From assembly GCA_009914755.4 (NCBI GenBank), contig CP068257.2, forward strand, positions 11,520,001 to 11,584,000: a stretch of DNA of 64,000 nt. Direction: 5' to 3'. Below the pieces are notes generated by a model that was not told the origin of the DNA, did no database searches, and worked only from the letters and a program-made list of their open reading frames with translations. The translations under genes were made by a program, and so were the position numbers. This document shows positions 1 through 11,270 of this stretch, one piece after another. Each line of letters begins with the position of its first letter. The stretch's first letter is position 1. Source of the stretch: the human T2T-CHM13v2.0 reference genome, Homo sapiens.

Positions 1-1414
1 AGGGTTACTTGAAGATAACAGGGACACTTGAAGGTAAGGATGTCAATATTTTGCTGTTTCTGAATGTCATTCATTCAGAGATGGCTTAAGACATTTGTAA
101 TTCCTTCAAAGATGGCATAAGAAATTTGGATTTTCAAACTTTAGTTTTCTCATCTTAGAGTTTGAGGTAATTTTATTTGTCAGCTGCCAGAAAATAAAAA
201 GAACACATAAGGTAGCAGACTAATATCTACATTGACCTATTGTAGAGCCAGAAGGACCCATTTATTTAGCAAGAGACTTCTTTACTGTGTCTAGTTCAGG
301 TTCCCGGAAAGATGGGACAATTTGTAGTAACACTCATTCCTTCTGCTAAGGGTCATAAGATAGGTTTAGACATATGGTCCCATTTTGATGATGTTTTAAA
401 CTTTGTTTATTTTACATACCCTGTGATAGAGCCAATCAATGTAGGGGCCTAAACGTCGGTATAGCCTGTAATTTTGACAGATGCCCAGATTGTGGTATTG
501 ACAAATAGGACAGATGTCCCGAGGGGCATATGTGTAGAAATAGATGACATTTCACAGAGAATTTACTAATTCAATATAATGCTGAAACAACATGTGGTAG
601 TAGTTGAACCCATATATAGAATACATTTGGGGAAATATTTCTCACATATTTGACGTGGTGCCCAGAACTATATGATGTGAAGAGTAATTGTGTGTTTTGT
701 ATGGGAACACATTAGTAAAACCTCATGCAAATCAAAATCAATCCAGATGAAAAATAATTAATAACGGTGTTTACAAACTCAAATAATACCTGCACAAGGC
801 AATGGCATAAACAAAGTTTACAATGCCTCCAGATGGCAATATTTGAAAGATGATTTCGAGTTTTACACACAAATTGAGAATTTATTCATATAACATATGG
901 AGCTAACTAAAATCCATATAATTCAAATTAGCTTACATTGTAACTAAATGGAATGGAAAAGGAGTTCCTGTTCATTTTACCACTTTCAGAATAGAAAATT
1001 CTGGATCTGGTGAAAATTGATCATTTTCCTTTTGTTTTAATTCAAGGTATAGACTCGTGTCTAAAGACATGGTTAACTGTTTAAGGAGAATAGAGGATGA
1101 AGAAGGGTTAAATGACAAGCAAGTTTTAAAAGTCTGATATCAACTAATTTTTAGGCAAGGAAGATTTAAAAATTTCACTGTGATTTGAGTGAGAGGCCCC
1201 TTACTTTTTATATCACATTGTAAGTTTAAAGAAGAAGAGAATAAAAACATCATGGCTAAATCACCTGAAATGACTTCAAATTTTCTACAAATGATAAACA
1301 TATCCAATGTGATAATTATAATTCAAGGCCCATTTTAATCTGACCCTAAATTTTCTTTCCCATTCTAATAATCAATAAGCTAATCAATAAGCTCATAACA
1401 TCCTACAGATTCTG

Positions 1415-1438
1415 CACACACACATGCACACACACACA
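1415..1438. repeat. Imperfect (CA)n microsatellite
   Basis: cacacacacatgcacacacacaca read directly. Confidence 0.85.
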
Positions 1439-1721
1439 GAGAAACACAGTCACTTCTTCAAACACATTGTTTTTTCATTTTTCTTTGCCTTTCATCTATT
1501 TATTTATTAGAGTGCCCACCTCCAAGGTAAGAGGGTTATTGAGATAATTTTATAAATGTCACGGGGCTTGCCCTCATAAAGTCTATATTACAGAAAGGAA
1601 GTTGAGAAGAAACAACCAATGGTTCAATTACTTATTAAAATTAGTTTGGATCATTATCTCTCCATCCACTGTTAATCTACTTATAATCTTCTTTGCTCTT
1701 TACCATGTTTAATGAACTCTT

Positions 1722-2226
1722 AGACTTTTAACTTTTATTTTAAGTTCACGAGTACAAGTGCAGGTTTGATACATTGGTAAATTTGTGTCTTGGGGGTTTA
1801 TTGTACAGATTATTTCATCACCCTGGTATTAAGCCTAATACCCATTAGTTATTTTTCCTGATCCTCTCCCTCTACCCTCTAGCCTGTGAAAAGCCCCATG
1901 GATGTTGTTACCCTCTGTGTCCATATGTGCTCATCATTTAGCTCCCACTTATAAGTGAGAACATGTGGTATTTGGTTTTCTGTCTCTGCATTTGTTGGCT
2001 AAGGATAATGGCCTCCAGCTCCATAATGTCCCTAAAAAGGACATGATCTCATTCTTTTTACGGCTGCATAGTATTCCATGATGAATATGTACCATATTTT
2101 CTTTATCCAGTCTATCACTGATGGGCATTTAGATTGATTCCATGTCTTTGCTTTGTGAATAGTACTGCAATGAAGATATGAATGCATGTGTCTTTATAAT
2201 AGAGTAATTTATATTCCTTTGGGTAT
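1722..2226 (-). mobile_element. LINE-1 3' end (L1P/L1MA-like), antisense, left part
   Basis: Matches antisense L1 3'UTR/ORF2 end: ...taagttcacgagtacaagtgcaggtttgatacat..., cccacttataagtgagaacatgtggtatttggttttctgtc, ggacatgatctcattctttttacggctgcatagtattccatg; preceded by T-rich tail remnant. Confidence 0.8.
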
Positions 2227-2600
2227 TGATAAGGTTTGGCTGTTACCCCACCCAAACCTCATCTTGAATTATAGCTCCCGTAATTCCCGTGTGTCATGAG
2301 AGGGACCCAGTGGGAGATAATTGAATCATGGGGGCAGGTCTTTCCCATGCTGTTCTCCTGATAGTGAATAGATCTCATGAGATCCGATGGTTTTATAAAT
2401 GGGAGTTGCCCTGCACAAGTTAACAAGTTCTCTCTTGCCTGCCTCCATGTAAGATGTGACTTTGATCCTCATTCTCTTTCTGCCATGATTGTGAGGCCTC
2501 CCCAGCCATGTGGAACTGTGAGTCCATTAAACCTCTTTTCTTTATAATTTACCCAGTCTCAGATACATCTTTATTAACAGCATAAGAACAGACTAGTACA
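2227..2600 (+). mobile_element. Solo MaLR LTR, THE1/MST-type, inserted into the L1
   Basis: Starts tgataaggtttggctgttaccccacccaaacctcatcttgaatt..., contains gattgtgaggcctccccagccatgtggaactgtgagtccattaaacctctt, ends ...cagactagtaca; L1 sequence resumes immediately after (ggtaatgggatt...). Confidence 0.8.
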
Positions 2601-2824
2601 GGTAATGGGATTACTGGGTTGAGTGGTATTCCTTTCTTTAGGTCTTTGAAGAATCACCACCCTGTCTTCCACAATGGATGAACTAATTTACACTCCCATC
2701 AACTGTGTATAAGCATCCCTTTTTCTCTACAACTTTGCCAGCGTCTTTCATTTTTTTATTTTTGATAATAGCCATTCTGACTGGTGTTAGTATCTCATTG
2801 TGGTTTTGATTTGCATTTCTCAGA
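2601..2824 (-). mobile_element. Continuation of the same L1 3' fragment after the LTR insertion
   Basis: ggtaatgggattactgggttgag...cttccacaatggatgaactaatttacactcccatcaactgtgta...tctcattgtggttttgatttgcatttctc (canonical antisense L1 ORF2 C-terminal region). Confidence 0.8.
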
Positions 2825-2825
2825 G

Positions 2826-3199
2826 TCTAAAATCTAGAATTAAAACTTTTAACTTGGTGAGCCTATGTTGAATGACTACAGAGAACCTAGATAAGCAATT
2901 TTCGTTTGCATTTTATCCAAAACAGGTGGCAAGAAGAAAAGTTTAAGAATTTCAAGTGGCTTGATTGGACTCTTCTTCATGGTCGCTGAGTCAAGGACCT
3001 TCTCTTCTAGTGAATTTAAGGGTTTTGTGGAACACTAGTCTTTCTTTATGAACTCTGTCCTCTTTTCTCATACAATTTATCTTTTCCACATATGGATGGA
3101 ATAAAACTGCAGAAAATATAATGAAATGGATAACCATATATTTTTTAAAATAGAAATTTTTGAGTATTGACATTCAAGGTTTTAATTCTAGATTTAAAA
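2826..3199. other. Candidate small TIR-bounded element (possible non-autonomous DNA transposon/MITE-like)
   Basis: Perfect 17-bp inverted repeat aaatctagaattaaaac (2830-2846) / gttttaattctagattt (3179-3195) flanking ~330 bp of non-L1 sequence that separates two unrelated L1 fragments. Confidence 0.3.
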
Positions 3200-3231
3200 A
3201 TACATTTTATTTACACACTCATCAGTTAATG

Positions 3232-4165
3232 GATGCTTGAATTATTTTCACTTTTGGTCTATTATGAATAATGCTACTATGAACATTAATGTATAAGTAT
3301 TTGTGTGAACAAATAGAACAGACATGGTCAGTTCTCTTGGGTATATTCCTACAAGTAGAATTTCTGGGTCATATGGCAGCTCTATGTTTGATTTTATGCA
3401 GAATTTCTAAACTGTTTTTCAAAGAAACTGTTTTACATTCTGAGAAGCAATGTATGAGAGTTCTAATTCTTTTACATCCTCAGCAACACTTGTTATTATC
3501 TGTCTTTTTTATTATAGTTATTCTGGTATTTGTGAAGTTTCATCTCATTATGATTGTGATTTGCATTTCCCTAATGGCTAATAACAGTCAGCATATTTTC
3601 ATGTGCCTATTGGCCATTTGTATATCTTCCTTGGCATAAAGTCTTTCAAATTACTTGCTCATTTTTTAATTGAGTTATTTGTCTTTTGATTTTTTAGTTG
3701 CAACAGTTCTTTATATATTATGCATAAGTCCTTGTCAGACATACAATATGAAAATATTTTGGTTCCTGCTATACATTGGTTTTCCCCTTTATAAGTGGTG
3801 TATTTTGTAGATCAAAAGCCTTTAATTTTAATGAAGTCCAATTTAACAATATTTTTCTCGTGTTGCTTGTGTTTTAAGTGTCATATTTTTTGTTAAGTGT
3901 CATAGGTTTTTTAATATGAATGAGTGTTGGATTTTCTCCAAAGATTTTCCTACAACTATTGTCATGATAATCCTTTTTGATCCTTTATTTTATTAATATA
4001 CATATTTTATTAATTGATTTTCCATTGTTGAAGCATATTTGTGTATCTGGGATAAATCCTACTTGGTCATGTTGTGTAATCCTATTTAAAGTTATTGGGT
4101 TTAGTTTGCTAGTATTTGATTGAGGATTTTTTTTCTTTGCTTTGTATTTATAAGGAATATCAGAA
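3232..4165 (-). mobile_element. Old LINE-1 (L1M-like) fragment, antisense, probably internally deleted
   Basis: ctattatgaataatgctactatgaacatt..., ccaacacttgttattatctgtcttttt, gatttgcatttccctaatggc, gcctattggccatttgtatatcttc, gaagtccaatttaacaatattttt; ORF 3985-4200(-) encodes ITQHDQVGFIPDTQ = L1 ORF2p RT motif IHHDQVGFIPGMQ. Confidence 0.6.
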
Positions 4166-5730
4166 TTTTTTTCAATATTTATTTTAGATTCATGGGGCAT
4201 ATGTGCTGCTTTGTTACTTGGATATATTGTCTGATGCTAAGGTTTGGGGTATAAGTGATCCCATTTACCAAGGTACTAAACATAGTACACAAAAGCAGGT
4301 TTTTCAACCCTTGCCTCTACTCCTCCTTCACTCCACCTGCTAGCTGTACCCAGTGTCTATTGTTGCCATCTTTATGTTTATGAGTACCTAATATTTAGCT
4401 CCAATTTATAATTGAGAAAAGACTGTATTTAGTTTTCTGTTACTGCATTAATCTGCTTAGGATAATGGCCTCCAGCTACATCTGTGTTGCTGCAAAGGAC
4501 ATGATTTTGTTCTTTTTATGGCTGTGTAGTGTTCCATCATGTATATTTGCCATGTTTTCTTTATCCATTCCACCATTAATGGGCACCTAGGTTGATTTCA
4601 TGGCTGCTATTGTGAATAGGACTGCGAGGCACATATGAGAGCCTATGTATTCTTGCTAAAACAATTTGTTTTCTTTTAGATACATAACCAGTAATGGGAT
4701 TGCTGGGTCAAATTGTAGTTCCCTTTTAAAGTCTTTAAAAAATCTCCAAACTACTTTCCATAGTGGCTGAACTAATTTAGATTTCCACTGAAAGTGTTCA
4801 AGCATTCCCTTTTCTCCATAGCCTTGCCAGCATCTGTTATTTTTTGATGTTTTAATAATATCCATTCTGACTGATGTGAGATGGAACCTCATTGCAGTGA
4901 TTTGCATTTCTCTGATGATTAGTGATGTGGATAATTTTTTATATGTTTGCAAACCACTTTTATGTCTTCTTCTGAGAGGTGTCTATTCATGTCTTTTGTT
5001 CACTTGTATTCATGTTATTTGTCTTATGCTTATTAATTTGTTTAATTTTCTTATAGATTTGGGGTATTGGGACCTTTATTGGAAGTGTAGTTTGTGAGTA
5101 TTTTATCTCATTCTGTAGGTTGCCTGTTTTCTCTGTTGATAATTTCTTTTGCTGTGTAGAGCTCTTTAATTTAATTAGATCCCACTTGTCAATTTTTGTT
5201 TTGGTTGCAATTGCTTTTGAGGACTTAGTCATAAATTATTTCCCAAGGCCAATGTCCAGAATGGCGTTTCCTAGGATTCTTGTAGTTTGAGGTCTTGTGT
5301 TTAAATCTTTAATCCAACCTCAGTTAATTTTTTTATATGGTGAAAGGTGGGGTTGAGTTTCATTCTTCTACATATGGCTACCCAACTAGCCCACACTGTT
5401 TATTGAATACGGAGTAGTCTTTTCCCTGTTGGTTATTTTTCTTAACTTTGTTAAAGATCAGATATCTGTAGGTGTGCAGCTTTATTTCTGGGTTCTCTGT
5501 TCTGTTCCATTGGTCTATGTGTCTGTTTTTGTACCAGTACCATGCTGTTCTGGCACCAGTACCATGCTATTTTGGTTACCGTCACCTGATAGTATATTTG
5601 GAAGTCAGCAAACATGATGCCTCTGGCTTTGTTCTTTGTGATTAAGATTACTTTGGCTATTTTGGCTGTTTGGAGTTTCATATGAATTATTAAATAGTTT
5701 TTTTCTGGTTTTATAGAAAAAAAACAACAT
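4166..5730 (-). mobile_element. LINE-1 3' portion (ORF2 C-terminus + 3'UTR), antisense, L1P-like
   Basis: 3'UTR-antisense start ttagattcatggggcatatgtgc; ORFs 4656-4952(-) (..SLIIREMQITAMRFHLTSVRMDIIKTSKNNRCWQGYGEKGML..) and 4987-5232(-) (..KIDKWDLIKLKS..) and 5451-5858(-) (..[19 protein letters not shown]..) are clear L1 ORF2p fragments with frameshifts/stops. Confidence 0.85.
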
Positions 5731-7199
5731 GGTAGTTTGGAACTTCCTAGAGACTTATTGAATGGCTCTGACCAAAATACTGATAGTGATATGGACAATA
5801 AAGTCCAGGCTGAAGTGGTCTCAGATGGAGATGAGGAACTTGTTGGGAACTGAAGCAAAGGTGACTCTTGTTATACTTTAGCAAAGAGACTGGCAGCATT
5901 TTTCCCCTGCCCTAAAGATTTGTGGAACTTTGAACTTGAGAGAGATGATTTAGGGCATCTGGTGCAATAAATTTCTAAGGAGCAAAGCATTCAAGAAGTG
6001 ACTTGGGTACTGTTAAAAACATTCAGTTTCATTTATTCAGAAAGGTATGGTTTGGAGTTGAAATTTATGTTTAAAAGGGAAGCAGATCATACAAGTTTGG
6101 TAAATTTGTAGCCTGATGATGTGATAGAAAAGAAAAACCCATTTTCTGAGGAGAAATTCAAGCTGGCTGCAGAAATTTGCATAAACAATAAGGAGTCAAA
6201 TGTTAATCATGAAGACAATGGGGAAAATATCTCCAGGGCATGTCAGAGGTCTTTATGGCAGCCCCTCCCATCACAGGCCCAGAGGCCTAGGAGGAAAAAT
6301 GGCTTCATAGGTTGGGTCCAGGGCCTTGCTGCTTTGAGCACTCTCCAAACTTGCTCCCCTGCATCCCAGCTGTGGCTAAGAGGAGCCAGTGTATAGATCA
6401 GGTCATTGCTTCAGAGGGTGAAAGTCTCAAGTCTTGGCAGCTTACATGTGGCATTGGGCCTCCAGGTACACAGAAATCAAGAATTGAGGTATGAGAACCT
6501 CCACATAGATTTCAGAGAATTTGTGGAAATGTCTGGATGTCCAGGCAGAGGTGTGCTGCAAGGGGCAGAGTCCTCATGGAAAACTTCTGTTAGCACAGAG
6601 TGGAAGGGAATTGTGGAGTCAAGCACCCTCTGGGGCACTGCCTGGTGGAGCTGTGAGAAGAGGGCCACCATCGTCCAGACTCCAGAATGGTAGATCCACT
6701 GACAACATGCACCATGCACCTGGAAAAGCTGCAGACACTCAATGCCAGCTCATGAAAGCAGCCAGAAAGGGAGCTGTACCCTGTAAAGACACAGAGGCAG
6801 AGCTGCCCAAGGTCATGGGCGCCTACTTCTTGCATCAGTGAGACCTCGATGTGAGACATGAAGACAAAGGGGATCATTTTGGAGCTTTAAGATTTGACTG
6901 CTCTGCTGGATTTTGGATTTCTATGGGGCCTGTAGCCTCTTCATTTTGCCAATTTTTCCCATCTGGAATGGCTGTATTTACGCAATGCCTGTATCTCCAT
7001 TGTATCTAGGAAGTAACTAACTTGCTTTTGATTTTACAGGCTCATAGGCAGAAGGGACTTGCCTTGTCTTAGATGAGACTTTGGACTGTGGACTTTTGAG
7101 TTAATGCTGAAATGAGTTAAGATTTTGGAGGACTGTTGGGAAAGCATGATTGGTTTTGAAATGTGAGGATATGAGATTTGGGAGGGGCCATGGGTGGAA
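5731..7199 (+). mobile_element. THE1-int (MaLR internal region), 5' LTR and first ~170 bp absent
   Basis: ggaacttcctagagacttattgaatggctctgaccaaaatactgatagtgatatggacaataaagtccaggctgaagtggtctcagatggagatgaggaacttgttgggaactg..., gatagaaaagaaaaacccattttctgaggagaaattcaagctggctgcagaaatttgcataa... matches remembered THE1 internal consensus. Confidence 0.8.
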
Positions 7200-7570
7200 T
7201 GATATGATTTGCCTGTGTCCCCACTCAGATCTCATCCAGAATTTTAGCTCTCACAATCCCCATGTGTTGTGGGAGGAACCCAGTGGGAGGTAATTGAATC
7301 ATGGAGGTGGGTCTTTCCCATGCTGTTCTTGTGATAGTAAATAAGTCTCATGACTCATGAGGTCTGATGGTTTGATAAAGGGGAGTTCCCCTGCACACAC
7401 TCTTTCTTGCCTGCTGCCACGTAAGACGTGTTTGCTTCTCCTTTGCTTTCCACCATGATTGTGAGGCCTCCCCAGCCATGTGGATCTGTGAGTCAATTAA
7501 ACCTCTTACCTTTATAAATTACCCAGTCCCAAGTATGTCTTTATTAGCAGCCTGAGAACAGACTAATACA
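7200..7570 (+). mobile_element. THE1 3' LTR
   Basis: tgatatgatttgcctgtgtccccactcagatctcatccagaatt...gattgtgaggcctccccagccatgtggatctgtgagtcaattaaacctcttacctttataaattacccagtcccaagtatgtctttattagcagcctgagaacagactaataca. Confidence 0.8.
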
Positions 7571-7572
7571 AC

Positions 7573-8415
7573 AGGATTGTGGGAAGTTCTCCAGGCATTC
7601 AGAGCACCCACCTTCCTGAATTAGGAGTAGGGAAACCAACTGCACCAAGATCTCTGCACAGAAGAGGTGGGGTGATTCAGGCTGCTGAACCAGGCAAGCA
7701 GAAGCTTGGAATGCCTGGAGATCTACCTGAGCATGTAGCAGCAAAGGCCCCTGCACCAAGACCTCTACCCAGGAAGAGTGGGGCATATCAAGCTGCTGAT
7801 CCAGGCAAGTTGGTGCTCTGAATGTCTGGAGGTCTGCCTGAGTGTGGAGTAGAGAGGGCCATTCTGTACCATCATCTACGTCCAGGAAGGTTGGGTGGCT
7901 CCGGCTGCTGAACCAGAAGAACAGGTGCTTTAACTGCCTGGAGATCTGCCCAGGCATGAAGTAGAGAAGGCCTCCCTGCACCAGTAGCTCAACAGAAAGA
8001 ATAGTGGTGAGTCAGGCTGCTGATTCAAGTGAGTAAATGTCTGGAGGCCTGCCTGGGTATGGAGCAGAGAAAGCCCTACTGCACCAGGATCTCTGTACAG
8101 GAAGGGTGGAGCAGGTTAAGCTCTGAACCCAGTGAACAGATGCTCCTAATGCCTGGAGATCTGCCTTGGCATAAAGTGTAGGGGGCTGCTCTGCACCACA
8201 ATCTATGTTCATGAAGAGTTGAGTGACTAAGGCTGCTAGTCCAGGAAAGCGGCTGCGCCAAATGCCTGAATTTTTGCCTGGGGTTTGAGCAGAAGACCTC
8301 ACTGCACTATTATCTTGGTAGAGCAGATGGAGACATCTAGAAATGGCACACACAGACCAATTCCAGGTCACTAGGCTGGCCTTGGCTGCAAATCTCACCA
8401 CCCAGAAGAAACTGC
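7573..8415. repeat. Degenerate tandem repeat, ~112-bp unit x ~7 (unit starts ~7642, 7753, 7866, 7978, 8081, 8193, 8303)
   Basis: Recurrent gcaccaRRatctctgcacaggaag...ctgctgaaccaggcaagcag...gcctggagatctgcc...gtagagaaggcc blocks with periods 111,113,112,103,112,110; minus-strand ORFs 7544-7981 and 8012-8497 show the periodic translation. Confidence 0.8.
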
Positions 8416-9179
8416 AGCTGTAGCAGCACTCCTCCTGCCCCAGGCTTGTGACAAGGGAAAGCACAATTTCAGTGTCTGCTCTGGATGTGCTTTCCATAGC
8501 TCTCGTTGTGGAGGCCCTTATCCCACTCTAGAGCAGGCCCCCCCAATCTCTGCCTCAAGAATAAAATTCCTGAGTGGTCATGCTGCCAAGTTGCCAAAGA
8601 ATGCCTGACTTTGTATGCCTGGATTAAAAATGGTATGCTGTTCTTTGTCCCAGGTCTGGGAAAATGTCTGCAGCTTTTCCCAGTGTCTTTCCCTCACAAC
8701 ATCTCCAAGCCTCTCTCCATGCTGGCTCTAGGGCTTGGGAGAAAGACAGTGCTGTTTCTCGACCTGGATCCCTTGAGTTCCCACTGGAAAAATGAGTCAC
8801 ATAGGGAGGCTCTCTGCTTCTCTCATATCCTCCTGGAGCTTCAGTCATGTTTACCAGACAGATACCATCATACGGACTGTCTGTCAGTGTTCTTTCTCCT
8901 CCACAGGATCTGGAGTGCCCTTCACAATTCTGATGGTTTCCCAGTTTCTTCTTGAACTAAAGCTCACAGAGTTGAACTTTATGCACTATCTTACTACTTC
9001 CAAGTGGCTGAGGCATCATAAAAGCTTCTAATCTGCCACCTTGGGAAAAACAAATAGGGATTCTTAATTTGTTTTACTTGTGACATATTTGTCTGGTTTT
9101 ACTAGTCTTATAAAAAGACTTGGAAAATAATCCCTCCTTTTCTATTTTTTGAGTGTGTTTGTGAAGAATTAGTGTAAAC

Positions 9180-11270
9180 TCTTCTAAACATTTGGTAGAA
9201 TGTATCAGTAAAGCCATCTATTCTAGGGATTATGTGTGTATTGGTGGAGGGAAATTTTATATTGCCTACTTTATTTCTTCCTTCATGTATTTTGGGATTC
9301 TCTTGACAGGTGCATATGTGCTTATTGTTATGTTTTCTTGATGTATTAATCCTTTCTATCATTGTAAAATGCTCTTTCTCGCTAATCACAATTTATCTCT
9401 TGAAGTTTGTTTTGTGTGTTATTATGACCAGGTCTCTCTTGATTACTGTTTGAATGATTTATCTTAATTCAGTCATTTGTATTCAAACTGTTTGTGTCTT
9501 TGAATATAAAGTGTGTCTGCTGACTAAAACAGATAGTTGGATTATGTTTTTTTCTAAACCCATCTGCAAACTCTATTTTAAATGGAGTTTTTAATCTACG
9601 TACATTTAATGTAATTACTGATATATAGAATTTATGTTTGCCAGTTTACCAGTTGTTTTCTATATGTCTTCTGCTTTTTTATTTCTCTATTTTTCTAAGA
9701 TTGCCTTTTCTTTAGTGAATAGATATTTTTAATGCACTGTATTAATCCCCTTATCACTGGTTTTATTATATTTTGTAAGTTATTTTCTTAGGGTTGCCTG
9801 ATGGGCTACAAGTAGTATCTTAATTTTTGAAAATCTAGTTAGATTTACTATCAACTTAATTTTAATAGCATACAAAAATTTTGATTCTAAATAGCATTGT
9901 TCTCTCCTTCTTCCTTTGTTGTATTACCATACATATTACATCTTCATTCATTGTATGCCAATCAGTACATTACTTATAACCATTGCTTTATGCAGTTTAT
10001 TTTTGAATCAGGTAGGAGAAAAGAAAATAGTTACAAAAAATACATTTACATTCTCTTTCATATGTTTCTAATTTTTGCTTTTTCTATTGTTCTGCATTTG
10101 TTTATATGGACTCTAGATATTGTCAAGTGTAATTTTATTTCATATTGAAATACCTCTTTTAATATTTCTTGCATGGAAACTTTGCTAGTAAGAGATTCTG
10201 TCAGTTTTGGTTTCAGAGAATAAGTGAGAATATTTTCACTTCTTTTTCATTTTTGAAGTATAGTTTTGTTGGTTATGAAATTATTCGTTGATAATCATTT
10301 ACTTTCAAAACTTTAAAAATGTCATCTCACTGCCTCTGGTTTCCATGGTTTCTAATGAAAATTCAGTGAAAAATTATTCAGACTCTTTTGCACATGATGA
10401 GTTGCTCCTCTCTTGTTGTTTTCAAGATTCTTTCTTTGTCATTTTCTTTTGATTGTTTAATTATAATTTTTTAAAAATGTGAATCTCTTTGAGTTTATGC
10501 TACTTGGGAGTCATAGATCTTCTTGGATGTGCAAGTTAATATTCTTTGTCAAGTTTTGGAAGTTTTTAAGTATGTTTTGTATTGTTCTTCACTTATTTTT
10601 ATGCCCCATTTCTCTTCTGTTCCCTCTCCTTTTGGGACTTCCATTATACATATTTTGCTATGCTTGATGGTATCTCTGAGTCTGTTTGTCTTTATTTCTT
10701 TTTCCTTCTGTTTCTTGCATTAGATAATCTCATTGATCTATATTTAAGTTAGCTAACTCTTTTCCCTGCTTTCTAAAATCTGCTGTTAAGTCAGATTTAT
10801 ATTTATACAATTGCTTATTAGTATTATTTATTTGGTGAGACATTTATTCTCAAATGTTCCTTTAGCTTTTTGGAAATAGCTTATTTTAGTTATTAAACAA
10901 ATTTTTATCATGGTGAATTTAAAAACCTTTGTCTACTAAGCCAAACACCTGAGCTTTCTCATGGACAGTTTTATTGATTGTGTGTTTTTCCTGTGTGTGA
11001 GCCATATTGTCTTACTTTTTGTATGCCTTATAAGTTTTTGTTGAAAACTGAACATTTTAAATAATAAAAATGTGACAACTCTGGAAATTATATTTTACTC
11101 CCTTCAAATTTTGTTGATTTTGCTGTTTGTTTTTGTTGTCATTTGTTTCTTTAGTGACTTTTCTGAACTAATTGTTTAAAGTTTTTGTTTTTTATCGTGT
11201 TTGAACACTGAAGTCTCTGTTTGCTTAACTTAGTAGTCAGTGAAAGAATAGACAGAAATTTCATTGAAGA
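9180..11270 (-). mobile_element. Diverged old LINE-1 (L1M-like) sequence, antisense, 5' half (ORF2 N-terminal/ORF1 region), fragmentary
   Basis: ctaaacatttggtagaatgtatcagtaaagccatctattctaggg (antisense of ORF2 PDGFTGEFYQ region), tgtgtctttgaatataaagtgtg...tacatttaatgtaattactgatat (antisense of ORF2 N-terminus ITLNVNGLN region), long T-rich low-complexity typical of antisense L1; boundaries uncertain. Confidence 0.4.

Noticed and set aside
7573-8415. Regular ~112-bp repeats: CRISPR-like array?
   Set aside because: This is a eukaryotic context. The units are contiguous degenerate copies of one another with no repeat-unique-spacer alternation, and there is no leader or cas genes.
7544-8497. 145-aa and 161-aa minus-strand ORFs with internally repeating peptide motifs, superficially like a repeat-protein gene
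   Set aside because: They are translations of the 112-bp tandem DNA repeat (periodicity is at the DNA level; units 70-80% identical) and overlap the THE1 LTR end. There is no start context.
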